Shown here one piece after another: positions 1-11,136 of a DNA stretch of 64,000 bases; the stretch's first letter is position 1, and every line of letters starts with the position of its first letter. The position numbers and the translations under genes are program-made. The notes beneath the pieces are model-generated. The model was not told the origin of the DNA, did not search any database, and saw only the letters and a program-made list of their open reading frames with translations. Origin of the DNA: Escherichia coli (lineage in GTDB: Bacteria > Pseudomonadota > Gammaproteobacteria > Enterobacterales > Enterobacteriaceae). The DNA is taken from assembly GCF_016026235.1 (NCBI RefSeq), contig NZ_CP065613.1; one strand, given 5' to 3'.

Positions 1-167
1 AAGACCACCGCCGTGCCGATAAACACCCACTGCCAACGGACATCCGAAGCGCTGTCGACCACCAGTTTGGTGCCATCCAGCTCCAGTTGCACGCCCATAA
101 AGACGCCAGCGAGGACAAAGAACATCGCGGCAGAGAGCAGTGCCATTGCAATATGCATCGGTTTCAT
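1..167 (-). CDS. livM: Branched-chain amino acid ABC transporter permease LivM, N-terminal part only (gene continues past window start)
   Basis: Reverse translation from ATG at 167 gives MKPMHIAMALLSAAMFFVLAGVFMGVQLELDG..., recognised as LivM; ATGA overlap with livH stop. Confidence 0.85.
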   Translation of the reverse strand, partial: MKPMHIAMALLSAAMFFVLAGVFMGVQLELDGTKLVVDSASDVRWQWVFIGTAVV

Positions 168-1090
168 ACTTTCTCTACCTCCGGGCGACCCAGAATACCG
201 GTCGGCATCACCAGCAGCACCAGAATCAGCAGGGCGAATGAGACCACATCTTTATATTCCGTACTCAGATAGGCAGAAGAGAGCGCCTCCGCAATCCCCA
301 GGATCAGCCCGCCAATCATCGCCCCTGGAATGCTGCCAATCCCACCGAGCACCGCAGCGGTAAAGGCTTTCATCCCGGCCATAAAGCCGATATAGGGGTT
401 AATGACGCCGTAGAACTGACCGAGCAGTACGCCAGCCACTGCCGCCATCGCCGCGCCAATAACAAAGGTCAAAGCAATCACCCGGTCGGTGTTGATGCCA
501 AGCAGGCTCGCCATTTTCAGATCTTCCGCGCAGGCACGGCAGGCGCGCCCCATACGGGAATAACGAATGAAAATCGTCAGCGCCAGCATGGCGAGGAAAG
601 TAACAATCCAGATCACTGCCTGCATGGTGGTAATAGAGGCAGAGAAGTTTTCGCTATGCCCCACCACCCACTGACCGTTAAACAGACTGGGCAGCGCCAC
701 GTCACGCGAACCTTCAGTCAGGCTAACGTAGTTTTGCAGGAAGATGGACATGCCGATTGCCGAGATGAGCGCAATCAGGCGCTTAGAGTTACGCACCGGG
801 CGATAGGCTACCCGTTCGATACTCCAGCCGTAGGCGCTGGCAATGACGATTGCGCCGACGAATCCCGCCGCCACCAGCAGCCAGCCGGTATCAATGCCCA
901 TCATCATCAGCGCGGCGATGATCATAAATGAGACGTAGCTGCCAATCATATAAACCTCGCCGTGGGCGAAGTTGATCATGCCGATAATGCCGTAAACCAT
1001 GGTGTAGCCGATGGCTATCAGCGCGTAGGTACTGCCCAGCGTGACGCCGTTAAACATCTGCTGCAAGAAATACAAAAACTGCTCAGACAT
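164..1090 (-). CDS. livH: Branched-chain amino acid ABC transporter permease LivH
   Basis: 308-aa ORF MSEQFLYFLQQMFNGVTLGSTYALIAIGYTMVYG...; polytopic membrane protein; position in livKHM order. Confidence 0.95.
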   Translation of the reverse strand: MSEQFLYFLQQMFNGVTLGSTYALIAIGYTMVYGIIGMINFAHGEVYMIGSYVSFMIIAALMMMGIDTGWLLVAAGFVGAIVIASAYGWSIERVAYRPVRNSKRLIALISAIGMSIFLQNYVSLTEGSRDVALPSLFNGQWVVGHSENFSASITTMQAVIWIVTFLAMLALTIFIRYSRMGRACRACAEDLKMASLLGINTDRVIALTFVIGAAMAAVAGVLLGQFYGVINPYIGFMAGMKAFTAAVLGGIGSIPGAMIGGLILGIAEALSSAYLSTEYKDVVSFALLILVLLVMPTGILGRPEVEKV

Positions 1091-1137
1091 AAGGTAACCT
1101 TTCTAAACCCGCCCGCATTTTACGGGCGGTGGGATGA

Positions 1138-2247
1138 TCACTTGGCTGCCGTGGATGAACCGTCGGCGTGCCACTGGAAGACACCAAAATCAAATCCCTT
1201 AAGATCGCCTTTTTCATCCCAGTTCAGCGGCCCAATCACGGTGTTTGCACCGTTAGCTTTTAAATCTTTCACCAGCGCCAGCGGCTCATCGCTGCCAGTA
1301 CGCTCAAGGGCAGTCGCCAGAGATTGCACCGCCGCGTAGGTGATCCAGACATAAGGCCCGGACGGATCTTTCTTGTCTGCTTTCAGCGCATCAACGATGC
1401 CCTGGTTTGCCGGATCCTGGTCATAGCGTTTTGGCATAGTGACCAACATGCCTTCGGCAGCATCACCGGCAATATTCGACAATGATGCGTTACCCACACC
1501 TTCCGGCCCCATAAACTGAGTTTTCAGGCCAACGGAACGGGCCTGGCGCAGCATCTGCCCCATTTCCGGGTAGTAACCGCCGTAGTAAACGAAGTCGATG
1601 TTTTCTTTTTTCAGGCGGGCGATCAGCGCGGAGAAATCTTTCTCCCCGGCGGTAATACCGTCGAAGAAGACGACGTTGGCGTTAGCCGCTTTCAGCCCGT
1701 CCTGCACCGAACGCGCCAGCCCTTCGCCATACTGTTGTTTGTCGTGAATGATGGCGATGCGCTGGGGCTTCACCGTCTCAAGAATGTATTTTGCCGCCGT
1801 TGGCCCCTGGGAAGAGTCCAGCCCGGCAGTACGCATAATGTGTTGATAACCGCGTTGGGTCAGCTCCGGGTTGGTCGCTCCCGGCGAGATCATCAGAATA
1901 CCTTCGTCTTCGTAGATATCTGATGCAGGTTGGGTAGAAGAAGAACACAGATGACCAATAACGTATTTAATGCCGTCATTAACGATTTTGTTGGCGACCG
2001 CAACGGCTTGTTTCGGGTCGCAGGCGTCGTCATATTCCACGCCAACCAGCTTGTCGCCCTTAATTCCCCCTTTGGCATTAATGTCTTTAATCGCCTGACG
2101 CGCGCCGTTAAATTCCATATCGCCCCACTGGGCAATCGGGCCGGACATCGCGCCGACAACGGCGACTTTAATATCGTCAGCCATAGCGGTGTGTGAAATT
2201 GCCAGTGCAATCATCCCTGCGATGATAGTTTTCGCATTCCGTTTCAT
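1138..2247 (-). CDS. livK: Leucine-specific periplasmic binding protein LivK
   Basis: ORF 1138..2301; start placed at internal ATG 2247 ([37 protein letters not shown]...), giving 369 aa with signal peptide; paralog of livJ. Confidence 0.9.
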
Positions 2248-2670
2248 AGTCAAAAATCCCCATTCGTGATGTTGTGTTGCTTTGTTTTTATGTGTTAACA
2301 AATCAGACTGTTCTTTTTTTATACTGCACTGTTTTTGCCTGTCTGATTAAGGGTTTAGCGCAGTATTTTGTGATAATAGTGATTAAAATCCCTATTTTTC
2401 AGTCGATTAAGAACAGATAATATTCTGAATTTATTGATAGATAAACAGAAAAAAGTGCCTTTGTCAGCATAAAATAACGGCACAAAGGGCGGAATAATTC
2501 ACTACCATTCAGGGGATTATGCTGGGTATTTTTCATTCTCTAATGTTTTAACTTTGTAATTATTGCTGTTAAAAAATTAATCACCTGCCAAAAGAAATAA
2601 AAAAGAGAAAGCCTCCGATTAAATTATTTCGCTACACTGGTTCCACTTTTGTGATTTACACGGGTTACCC

Positions 2671-3054
2671 ATGAAGCTGACCATCATTCGATTAGAAAAC
2701 TTTAGCGACCAGGACCGGATTGACCTGCAAAAGATCTGGCCGGAGTATTCCCCTTCCTCTTTACAGGTTGACGATAACCACCGTATCTACGCCGCGCGTT
2801 TTAACGAGCGCCTGCTCGCTGCCGTACGGGTAACCTTAAGCGGCACCGAGGGAGCACTGGATTCCCTGCGTGTGCGGGAAGTCACCCGACGTCGCGGTGT
2901 GGGGCAATATCTGCTGGAAGAGGTTTTGCGTAACAATCCTGGCGTTTCATGCTGGTGGATGGCGGATGCAGGCGTGGAAGATCGCGGTGTGATGACGGCG
3001 TTTATGCAGGCACTGGGATTTACGGCGCAACAGGGCGGCTGGGAGAAGCGTTAA
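2671..3054 (+). CDS. panZ: PanD maturation factor PanZ/PanM (GNAT-like, YhhK)
   Basis: 127-aa ORF MKLTIIRLENFSDQDRIDLQKIWPEYSP...; recognised as YhhK/PanZ; sits between livK and livJ as in K-12. Confidence 0.85.
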   Translation: MKLTIIRLENFSDQDRIDLQKIWPEYSPSSLQVDDNHRIYAARFNERLLAAVRVTLSGTEGALDSLRVREVTRRRGVGQYLLEEVLRNNPGVSCWWMADAGVEDRGVMTAFMQALGFTAQQGGWEKR

Positions 3055-3094
3055 TCGTCAAGTTGATTTCAAAAGTGATGACCAACGAGAAATT

Positions 3095-3195
<101 letters not shown>

Positions 3196-3252
3196 GAAGC
3201 AACGTACTCGATATTAGCAATTTGGCGGCAACCCAAAGTTGCCGATTAATGA

Positions 3253-4356
3253 TTACTTCGCATCGGTCGCCGTGCCGTTGGCATGCCAGTCAAACACACC
3301 GAACTCAAAGCCTTTCAGATCGCCTTTCTCATCCCAGGTCAGCGGTCCCATTACGGTATCCACGGAGTTCGCTTTCAGGTATTTGGCGATTTCAGCCGGA
3401 TCGTCAGACTGATTCAGGCCCGCCTGCAAAGATTGCAGCGCGGCGTAGGTGGTCCAAACGAATGCGCCGCTTGGGTCCTGTTTTTTCGCTTTGATCGCAT
3501 CAACAATGGGTTTGTTCGCCGGAACCTGATCGTAGTTCTTCGGCTTGGTCACCAGCAGCCCTTCCGCTGATTCGCCCGCAATGTTAGACAGCGAAACGTT
3601 AGCCACACCTTCCGGCCCCATAAACTGAGTTTTCAGCCCTGCCGCGCGTGCCTGACGCAGGATTTGCCCCATTTCCGGGTGATAACCGCCGTAGTAAACG
3701 AAGTCGATATTCTCTTTCTTCAAACGCGCCACCAGCGTTGAGAAATCTTTTTCCCCGGCGGTGATACCATCAAAGAACACCACGTTAGCATTGCCTTTCT
3801 TCAGGCCGTCCTGCACTGCACGCGCCAGCCCTTCGCCGTATTGCTGTTTGTCGTGAACGATAGCAATACGCTGCGGTTTCACCTTCTCAAGAATATATTT
3901 CGCCGCCGTCGGTCCCTGGTCGGAGTCCAGGCCGGTGGTGCGCAGGATCAGCTGATAGCCACGGGCGGTCAGCTCCGGCGCGGTTGCCGCTGGGGTGATC
4001 ATTAAAATGCCTTCGTCTTCGTAGATATCAGACGCAGGCTGCGTTGATGAAGAACAGAGGTGACCAATCACGTATTTAATGCCGTCGTTAACGACTTTGT
4101 TCGCCACCGCAACCGCCTGTTTCGGGTCACAGGCATCGTCATATTTTACGATTTGCAGTTTGTTGCCTTTAATGCCGCCTTTAGCGTTGATATCCGCAAC
4201 CGCCTGCTCTGCGCCGGTAAACTCCTGGTCACCGTACTGGGCCACCGGACCGGACATTGCGCCCACGACCGCGACTTTAATATCTTCTGCCAGAGCCATA
4301 TTGCTGAATGCCAGCGCGATACATCCTGCCAGTAACGCTTTACCCTTTATGTTCAT
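3253..4356 (-). CDS. livJ: Leu/Ile/Val periplasmic binding protein LivJ
   Basis: ORF 3253..4413; start placed at internal ATG 4356 ([37 protein letters not shown]...), 367 aa; strong paralogy with livK. Confidence 0.9.
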   Translation of the reverse strand: MNIKGKALLAGCIALAFSNMALAEDIKVAVVGAMSGPVAQYGDQEFTGAEQAVADINAKGGIKGNKLQIVKYDDACDPKQAVAVANKVVNDGIKYVIGHLCSSSTQPASDIYEDEGILMITPAATAPELTARGYQLILRTTGLDSDQGPTAAKYILEKVKPQRIAIVHDKQQYGEGLARAVQDGLKKGNANVVFFDGITAGEKDFSTLVARLKKENIDFVYYGGYHPEMGQILRQARAAGLKTQFMGPEGVANVSLSNIAGESAEGLLVTKPKNYDQVPANKPIVDAIKAKKQDPSGAFVWTTYAALQSLQAGLNQSDDPAEIAKYLKANSVDTVMGPLTWDEKGDLKGFEFGVFDWHANGTATDAK

Positions 4357-4575
4357 CCTGAGAATCCCCATTCTTCTGGTTATTACGTGTGTTGTGATGT
4401 TGTTGTTCAGCACTTTATTTCGTTTTATGCATGACTACCCGTGCTTTAGCAGCATACTCTGCTAAAACATACCCGATTTTTATGATATTGGAATAGCTAT
4501 TTTGACAGTTTATTAACAATCTGCGTGGGGATTGGCGTTTTGCCGGAGGGGAAATTGATTATTACAGAGGCCCAA

Positions 4576-4613
4576 AAAACAAAAACCCCGGACTCGCATC
4601 CAGGGTTCTCTGC
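4576..4613 (-). terminator. Putative rho-independent terminator downstream of rpoH
   Basis: Reverse strand reads CCCTGGATGCGAGTCCGGGG hairpin followed by TTTTTGTTTTTTGG. Confidence 0.5.
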
Positions 4614-4626
4614 TTAATAGCGGAAA

Positions 4627-5481
4627 TTACGCTTCTATAGCAGCACGCAATTTTTTCATCGCGTTCTTTTCCAGCTGGCGCACACGCTCAGCGGAAACGC
4701 CGTAACGGTCAGCCAGTTCCTGCAACGTGGACTTGTTGTCTTCGTCCAGCCAGCGCGCGCGGATGATGTCCTGGCTACGCTCGTCCAGACCTTGCATCGC
4801 GTCGGTCAGACGGTTTGCCGCCTGCTCTTCCCAGTTATCATCTTCGATGCCGTCGGCAAAGTTAGATGATTTATCCTGCAGATAGAGCACCGGTGCCATC
4901 GGCTGGCTGTCGGAATCGTCGTCGGAAGACAGGTCAAAGGTCATGTCCTGTGCCGCCATACGTGATTCCATCTCACGAACGTCTTTGCTGGTTACGCCCA
5001 GTTCACGGGCCACCATTTCGACTTCATCCTGGTTAAACCAGCCCAGACGCTGCTTGGTTTTACGCAGGTTGAAGAACAGTTTGCGCTGCGCTTTGGTGGT
5101 CGCAACTTTGACGATACGCCAGTTACGCAGAACGTATTCGTGGATCTCTGCTTTGATCCAGTGAACGGCGAAGGAGACCAGGCGCACACCCACTTCCGGG
5201 TTGAAACGGCGCACTGCTTTCATCAGGCCGATGTTACCTTCCTGAATCAAATCCGCCTGTGGCAGGCCATAGCCCGCATAATTACGAGCAATATGAACAA
5301 CAAACCGCAGGTGAGACAGGATCAGCGTTTTAGCTGCTTCCAGATCGCCATGGTAATGCAGCTTTTCAGCCAGCGCCCGCTCCTCGTCAGCCGACAACAT
5401 CGGCCACGCGTTAGCTGCCCGGATGTAGGAATCCAGGTTGCCAACTGGGGCTAAAGCTAAACTTTGCATTTTGTCAGTCAT
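4627..5481 (-). CDS. rpoH: RNA polymerase sigma-32 (heat-shock sigma factor)
   Basis: 284-aa [71 protein letters not shown]..., sigma-70 family regions 2 and 4. Confidence 0.97.
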   Translation of the reverse strand: MTDKMQSLALAPVGNLDSYIRAANAWPMLSADEERALAEKLHYHGDLEAAKTLILSHLRFVVHIARNYAGYGLPQADLIQEGNIGLMKAVRRFNPEVGVRLVSFAVHWIKAEIHEYVLRNWRIVKVATTKAQRKLFFNLRKTKQRLGWFNQDEVEMVARELGVTSKDVREMESRMAAQDMTFDLSSDDDSDSQPMAPVLYLQDKSSNFADGIEDDNWEEQAANRLTDAMQGLDERSQDIIRARWLDEDNKSTLQELADRYGVSAERVRQLEKNAMKKLRAAIEA

Positions 5482-5725
5482 TCAAATCCTCTCAATCGAT
5501 ATCTTCTGGCGCTTCAGTGGTAGCAACAACTGTGCCAGAGCTTAAGAGCAACGAGGTTATCATTCACTGTTTTATCAGACCGTGATTTTATCCACAAGTT
5601 CAATGCAAGCTTGTGAATAAATTACGCACAAAATGTGACATAGAGATGAAATACCGGGAAGAGACAACGGGATCTCTTTCCCTGCTACGGAACCCATTGC
5701 AGGGAAAGAGTATAACACGCTTTTA

Positions 5726-6784
5726 TTATTCAGGCGTAAAGTGGCGTAAATGTTGTACCGTGGCAAGCCACGCTGCCACCCAGCCAATCATCGAGCATAC
5801 CAGCAGCAATAGCAGGCATTCATCGAACGATAAACCATTGATATCAAACTTCGTTCCGAAAACCTGTGCCACTTCCGCAACCGCCGATGACAATCGCAGC
5901 ACCAGAATTTCTGACAAAATTAATGACAACAATGCGCCAGAAAATCCCAGCAGTGCGCCACCGTACAGGAACGGACGCAGGATGAAACCATCCGTCGCAC
6001 CAATCAGTTTCTGCACGTTAATGGAGTCACGGCGAGCAAAGATACTCAGGCGCACACTGTTACCGATGACGAGGAACACTGCCGCCACCATCAACACGCC
6101 GATCATCGCCGAAACGCGCCCGACCAGCCCGGTCAACGCCGCCAGACGGGCAAACCAGCTGTCATCCATCCGCACTTCGTCAATGCCGTTAATCTGCGTG
6201 ATACGATCACGCAGCGTATTGAGTGATTCCGTCCCCTGAAAATCGAGTTTCGGGATCACCACCGCCACTGCCGGAAGCGGGTTTTCTTCCAGCATATCCA
6301 GCGCACCACCAAAACCAGACCAGTTACGGAACTCGCCCAGTGCGTCTTCACGAGAAAGATAGTTCACTTTCTCCACGCCTTGCTCGGCCTGCAACTGTGC
6401 CACCACGCCCGCAGCAGCGTCATCGTCCAGCGTTTTTTGCAAGTAAACAGTGATTTGCGGTGACGGATAATACTGCGTCGCCGCCTGGTTAACGTTTTTG
6501 TACACCATATAACAGACGCTGGGCAGCGTCAGGGAGATGGCGATAACCATCACCGTTAAAAACGTGGCGAACGGTTTGCTTTTCAGATCTTGCAATGCGC
6601 CGTGGAAGGCATAGCGCACCTGTTCGTTGAAAACGTTGGTTTTGCGATTTATCGGTTTTGGCGAGGATTTCGCACGTTTCGGCGCGTTACGACCGCCGTC
6701 GCCAGAGCCGCCGACCGATTTACGGAAGCGATCAAGACGCCCGCCAAACTGCCGAATATGATTGATTGCATCGCGCTTATTCAT
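5726..6784 (-). CDS. ftsX: Cell division ABC transporter permease-like protein FtsX
   Basis: ORF 5726..6811; start placed at ATG 6784 ([20 protein letters not shown]...), 352 aa; 8-nt overlap with ftsE end. Confidence 0.92.
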   Translation of the reverse strand: MNKRDAINHIRQFGGRLDRFRKSVGGSGDGGRNAPKRAKSSPKPINRKTNVFNEQVRYAFHGALQDLKSKPFATFLTVMVIAISLTLPSVCYMVYKNVNQAATQYYPSPQITVYLQKTLDDDAAAGVVAQLQAEQGVEKVNYLSREDALGEFRNWSGFGGALDMLEENPLPAVAVVIPKLDFQGTESLNTLRDRITQINGIDEVRMDDSWFARLAALTGLVGRVSAMIGVLMVAAVFLVIGNSVRLSIFARRDSINVQKLIGATDGFILRPFLYGGALLGFSGALLSLILSEILVLRLSSAVAEVAQVFGTKFDINGLSFDECLLLLLVCSMIGWVAAWLATVQHLRHFTPE

Positions 6785-7445
6785 GGCCCACGCCTCCATG
6801 CAAGTGACCATCGCTCAGGGTGAGCATGCGATAGGAACGCCGCGAGATCAGGTTGATGTCGTGCGTTGCCATCAATACGGTTACCCCAACGCGGTTAAAC
6901 TCTTCAAACAGACGTAGAATCCCTTCCGACAACGCGTCGTCCAGGTTACCAGTCGGTTCGTCCGCCAGCAGTACCGCGGGCTTATTCACCACCGCGCGGG
7001 CAATGCCAACACGCTGTTGTTCACCGCCAGAAAGCTGAATAGGGAAGTTCTTCGCTTTGTCCAGTAGCCCGACTTTATCCAGTGCCGCCGACACCCGGCG
7101 ACGAATATCGTCACCGCTGGCACCAGCGATAATCAGCGGGATCGCCACGTTATCGTAGACAGTACGGTCCATCAGTAGATGGTGATCCTGGAAAATCATG
7201 CCAATCTGGCGGCGCAGAAACGGAACTTCACGGTTTTTCAGACGCGTGATGTCATGGCCGCTAAACCAGATTTTCCCGGCGCTGGGCCGCTCAATCCCAC
7301 AGATCAGCTTCAGGAGGGTACTTTTCCCTGCGCCGGAATGACCGGTCAGAAACGCCATCTCACCCGGCTGCATATGGAACGTAACGCCCTGCAGCGCCTG
7401 TCTCCCACCGAGATAAGCCTTGCTGACATGTTCAAAGCGAATCAT
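6777..7445 (-). CDS. ftsE: Cell division ATP-binding protein FtsE
   Basis: 222 aa [45 protein letters not shown]...; Walker A, ABC signature LSGGEQQR. Confidence 0.95.
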   Translation of the reverse strand: MIRFEHVSKAYLGGRQALQGVTFHMQPGEMAFLTGHSGAGKSTLLKLICGIERPSAGKIWFSGHDITRLKNREVPFLRRQIGMIFQDHHLLMDRTVYDNVAIPLIIAGASGDDIRRRVSAALDKVGLLDKAKNFPIQLSGGEQQRVGIARAVVNKPAVLLADEPTGNLDDALSEGILRLFEEFNRVGVTVLMATHDINLISRRSYRMLTLSDGHLHGGVGHE

Positions 7446-7447
7446 TG

Positions 7448-8929
7448 TTAATCCTCTCGGGCAAAAAGTGCCTCTATAAAGTCGTCCGCCTTAAACGGAC
7501 GCAAATCCTCAATACGTTCGCCGACACCAATGTAGCGGATAGGGATACCAAACTGGTCAGCCACCGAGAAAATTACCCCGCCTTTCGCCGTGCCGTCCAG
7601 TTTCGTTAGCGTGATGCCGGTTAAACCAACAGCTTCGTGGAACAGTTTGGCCTGGCTTACCGCGTTCTGCCCGGTGCTGGCATCAATAGTCAGCATAACT
7701 TCATGCGGCGCTTCAACGTCGAGTTTCTTCATCACGCGGACGATTTTCTTCAACTCTTCCATCAGATGCGATTTGTTCTGCAGACGTCCGGCGGTATCGG
7801 CAATCAGGACGTCGATATTACGCGCTTTAGCTGCCTGAATGGCGTCGAAGATAACAGAGGCGGAATCCGCACCGGTATGCTGGGCAATCACCGGAATATT
7901 GTTGCGCTGACCCCAGACCTGAAGCTGTTCAACCGCTGCTGCACGGAAAGTATCGCCCGCCGCCAGCATCACCGATTTACCCTGCTGCTCAAACTGACGT
8001 GCCAGCTTACCAATCGTCGTGGTTTTACCCACACCGTTGACGCCCACCATCAGGATCACAAACGGCGCTTTGCCTTCAACATTCAGCGGCTCATCGACTT
8101 TCGCCAGAATCTCGCCCATCTCTTCTTTCAGCAGGCCATAGAGCGCCTCGGCATCACGAAGCTGCTTGCGGGATGCGCCTTCCGTCAGATTGGTGATTAT
8201 TTTACGTGTGGTTTCCACGCCCACATCGGCGATCAACAGCTGCTCTTCCAGCTCTTCAAACAGATCATCGTCGATTTTTTTACCGCGGAACAGGCTGATA
8301 AATCCGGAACCGAGATTTTCTTTGGTTTTTAACAGGCTGCGTTTCAGGCGCGCGAAAAAACCTTCTTTGGTCGGTTTTTCCTGCTCCTGAGCGATTTCTT
8401 CCACCGGCTGCTCTTCTTCTGCCGGAGGAACCACCATCACCGCCTCTTCTGCCGCTTCGGCAGCCAGCGCCTGTGTTTCCAGCTCTTCGTCGGTGATTTC
8501 TTCTTTAGCCGCTTCGACAATCTCTACGGTTTCCGCTTCAGCCTGCCACTCTTCTGGCGAAACCTCTTCGGCGTTGACGTCTTCCGGCAACGGCAGTTCT
8601 TCACGCTCGATAGCCACTGGCTCCGGCGTTTCTTCTACGACCGGTTCCGGCTGTGCAACGACTTCCGCTTCAGGCTGCGCTTTTTCACTTTCAGCTACCT
8701 GTTCAGTGACTTCCACAACTTCGGCAGCAAAAGTTTCCGCCTCGGCTTCAGTATGCGCCTGCGGCTGCTCTTCAACGGCTTGTTCAGAAGCCTTCACAGG
8801 CTCTTGCGCCTGAACGATTTCTTCTACAACCGGTTGTTCATTCTGAACTTCTGTCTCTTTTTCCGGGGTCTGCTCTTTTTGACCAAAGCCCAGCCAGGAA
8901 AAAAAGCCACGTTTTTTTTCTTTCGCCAT
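7448..8929 (-). CDS. ftsY: Signal recognition particle receptor FtsY
   Basis: 493 aa; acidic Glu/Ala/Gln-rich N-terminal domain followed by SRP-GTPase NG domain (GVNGVGKTTT, DTAGR, TKLDG). Confidence 0.95.
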   Translation of the reverse strand: MAKEKKRGFFSWLGFGQKEQTPEKETEVQNEQPVVEEIVQAQEPVKASEQAVEEQPQAHTEAEAETFAAEVVEVTEQVAESEKAQPEAEVVAQPEPVVEETPEPVAIEREELPLPEDVNAEEVSPEEWQAEAETVEIVEAAKEEITDEELETQALAAEAAEEAVMVVPPAEEEQPVEEIAQEQEKPTKEGFFARLKRSLLKTKENLGSGFISLFRGKKIDDDLFEELEEQLLIADVGVETTRKIITNLTEGASRKQLRDAEALYGLLKEEMGEILAKVDEPLNVEGKAPFVILMVGVNGVGKTTTIGKLARQFEQQGKSVMLAAGDTFRAAAVEQLQVWGQRNNIPVIAQHTGADSASVIFDAIQAAKARNIDVLIADTAGRLQNKSHLMEELKKIVRVMKKLDVEAPHEVMLTIDASTGQNAVSQAKLFHEAVGLTGITLTKLDGTAKGGVIFSVADQFGIPIRYIGVGERIEDLRPFKADDFIEALFARED

Positions 8930-9078
8930 TTGCGACTACACTCCTCGCTGTTGCTTCATGGCACAGCGTTAACGCTATGTACATAGCAGCTAAAAAAATG
9001 ATGAAATAGTCTATCACTTAACTTAATTCACATCACCGCCTGCAAGTATGTGTTATCTGGCGGATTGAGCAATTTATC

Positions 9079-9675
9079 ATGAAAAAACCGAATCATTCCG
9101 GCAGCGGCCAAATCCGCATTATTGGCGGGCAGTGGCGAGGCCGTAAACTCCCGGTTCCTGATAGTCCAGGTCTGCGCCCCACCACCGACCGCGTACGCGA
9201 AACGTTGTTTAACTGGCTGGCTCCGGTCATTGTTGACGCCCAATGCCTGGATTGCTTCGCCGGAAGCGGCGCGCTGGGACTGGAAGCGTTATCGCGCTAC
9301 GCTGTGGGGGCCACGTTGATTGAGATGGATCGTGCAGTTTCTCAGCAGTTAATTAAGAATCTGGCGACACTAAAAGCAGGCAATGCACGCGTGGTGAACA
9401 GCAACGCGATGTCATTCCTGGCGCAAAAAGGCACACCGCATAATATCGTGTTTGTCGATCCACCGTTCCGCCGTGGCTTGTTAGAAGAGACGATAAATTT
9501 ACTGGAAGATAACGGCTGGCTGGCTGACGAAGCCCTGATTTATGTCGAAAGCGAAGTCGAAAACGGTCTGCCCACTGTTCCGGCAAACTGGTCATTGCAT
9601 CGGGAAAAAGTGGCGGGTCAGGTGGCTTATCGGCTGTATCAACGCGAAGCACAAGGAGAAAGTGATGCTGATTAA
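9079..9675 (+). CDS. rsmD: 16S rRNA m2G966 methyltransferase RsmD
   Basis: 198 aa MKKPNHSGSGQIRIIGGQWRGRKLPVPDSPGLRPTTDRVRETLFNWL...; DPPF methyltransferase motif. Confidence 0.92.
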   Translation: MKKPNHSGSGQIRIIGGQWRGRKLPVPDSPGLRPTTDRVRETLFNWLAPVIVDAQCLDCFAGSGALGLEALSRYAVGATLIEMDRAVSQQLIKNLATLKAGNARVVNSNAMSFLAQKGTPHNIVFVDPPFRRGLLEETINLLEDNGWLADEALIYVESEVENGLPTVPANWSLHREKVAGQVAYRLYQREAQGESDAD

Positions 9676-9934
9676 TATTGGTCGTTTGTTAATGCTATGC
9701 GTTTGGGGATTTTTAATCCTCAATCTGGTGCATCCCTTCCCGCGCCCGCTGAATATTTTCGTTAACGTGGCGCTGATTTTTACCGTGCTGATGCATGGTA
9801 TGCAACTGGCGCTATTGAAATCCACTTTACCGAAAGATGGCCCGCAGATGACCACCGCCGAAAAGGTGCGGATTTTCCTTTTCGGCGTGTTTGAACTGCT
9901 GGTCTGGCAGAAGAAATTTAAAGTTAAAAAATAA
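9665..9934 (+). CDS. yhhL: Small inner-membrane protein YhhL (DUF1145)
   Basis: ORF 9542..9934; start placed at ATG 9665 overlapping rsmD end (MLINIGRLLMLCVWGFLILNLVHPF...), 89 aa, two predicted TM helices. Confidence 0.75.
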   Translation: MLINIGRLLMLCVWGFLILNLVHPFPRPLNIFVNVALIFTVLMHGMQLALLKSTLPKDGPQMTTAEKVRIFLFGVFELLVWQKKFKVKK

Positions 9935-9936
9935 CC

Positions 9937-10296
9937 TTATTGTTCGCCAACAAAGCTAACAAAGCGCGTTCCTTTATAGCTCAGCGTACCTTTATCGCCC
10001 ACTGTCAGGGCGTGGTACTGCTGGGCGTTGAGGCGAAACGTCTGCTCCATTCCTCCGCTTTGCGGTTTGAAGCTTGCCTCATAGCGCATACTGGTGCCTG
10101 CCGGAGTCACTTCCTGCTGGCGCGAACGGCGATCGTTAATCGGTTTTTCCCGCTTGTTGCTCACCACCACCAGCTTTTGCTGGAGCGGAGCCATATCATT
10201 ATCAGCTTTTTCCCGTCGCTGTTGCATAAAACGAAACGATGCGGCGACGATGATTAAGCCAATGATAACAATAAAGAAAAGAGGTGGTTTGCTCAT
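9937..10296 (-). CDS. yhhM: DUF2500 family protein YhhM
   Basis: 119 aa MSKPPLFFIVIIGLIIVAASFRFMQQRREKADND...; single N-terminal TM helix. Confidence 0.85.
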   Translation of the reverse strand: MSKPPLFFIVIIGLIIVAASFRFMQQRREKADNDMAPLQQKLVVVSNKREKPINDRRSRQQEVTPAGTSMRYEASFKPQSGGMEQTFRLNAQQYHALTVGDKGTLSYKGTRFVSFVGEQ

Positions 10297-10436
10297 CTTT
10301 ATCCCTCATCGGAAAATGCGGAATTAAGCATACCCTGCCAGTTATGGTGTTGTCATCCGTCCACACTCGCCACTAAACTGGAAGCAAGACCGTAGGCATT
10401 CCGCTTACGAAAAAATAACGAATTCAAGGAACTAAG

Positions 10437-11063
10437 ATGCTTTGGTCGTTTATCGCTGTCTGTCTTTCCGCATGGCTATCTGTGGATGCATCGTATCGTG
10501 GGCCAACCTGGCAACGCTGGGTGTTTAAACCGTTAACCCTTCTTCTCCTGTTGTTACTGGCCTGGCAAGCGCCGATGTTCGACGCCATTAGCTATCTGGT
10601 GCTGGCGGGGCTGTGCGCCTCACTGCTGGGCGATGCGCTAACCCTGTTGCCACGTCAACGTCTGATGTACGCCATCGGCGCGTTTTTCCTCTCGCACCTG
10701 CTGTACACCATCTATTTCGCCAGTCAGATGACGCTCTCTTTCTTCTGGCCTCTGCCGTTGGTACTGCTGGTTCTGGGCGCGCTGTTACTGGCGATTATCT
10801 GGACGCGGCTGGAAGAGTATCGTTGGCCTATCTGCACGTTTATCGGCATGACGCTGGTGATGGTGTGGCTGGCAGGTGAACTGTGGTTCTTCCGTCCGAC
10901 CGCTCCGGCACTCTCTGCGTTTGTCGGCGCTTCGTTGCTGTTTATCAGTAACTTTGTCTGGCTGGGTAGCCACTATCGCCGACGCTTCCGTGCGGATAAC
11001 GCGATTGCTGCGGCCTGCTACTTTGCCGGTCACTTCCTCATCGTCCGCTCGCTGTATCTCTGA
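10437..11063 (+). CDS. yhhN: TMEM86/YhhN-family inner membrane protein (lysoplasmalogenase-like)
   Basis: 208-aa highly hydrophobic [47 protein letters not shown]... Confidence 0.85.
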
Positions 11064-11069
11064 TAAAAC

Positions 11070-11101
11070 TTGACTCTGGAGTCGACTCCAGAGTGTATCC
11101 T
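11070..11101 (+). promoter_or_regulatory. zntA promoter with MerR-type (ZntR) operator: -35 TTGACT, 20-bp spacer holding a perfect 22-bp palindrome, -10 TATCCT
   Basis: ttgACTCTGGAGTCGACTCCAGAGTgtatcct; palindrome 11073..11094; over-long spacer typical of MerR-family promoters. Confidence 0.75.
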
Positions 11102-11136
11102 TCGGTTAATGAGAAAAAACTTAACCGGAGGATGCC

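Noticed and set aside
7637-8332. 231-aa plus-strand ORF inside ftsY (and similar antisense ORFs: 47769..48680 and 48759..49559 in prlC; 50376..51560 in gor; 53077..53661 in arsB; 26532..27056 and 26366..26818 in the PTS EIIC/kinase; 30361..30912 in yhhJ; 34564..35358 in yhiI; 5613..6239 in ftsX)
   Set aside because: Each lies antisense to, or out of frame with, a gene whose product I recognise confidently; they have no RBS context and look like shadow ORFs of GC-rich coding sequence.
8493-8813. 106-aa Ser/Thr/Ala-rich ORF and the low-complexity acidic repeat region at the 5' end of ftsY
   Set aside because: This is the known acidic A-domain of FtsY read in another frame, a compositional artefact rather than a separate gene or repeat element.
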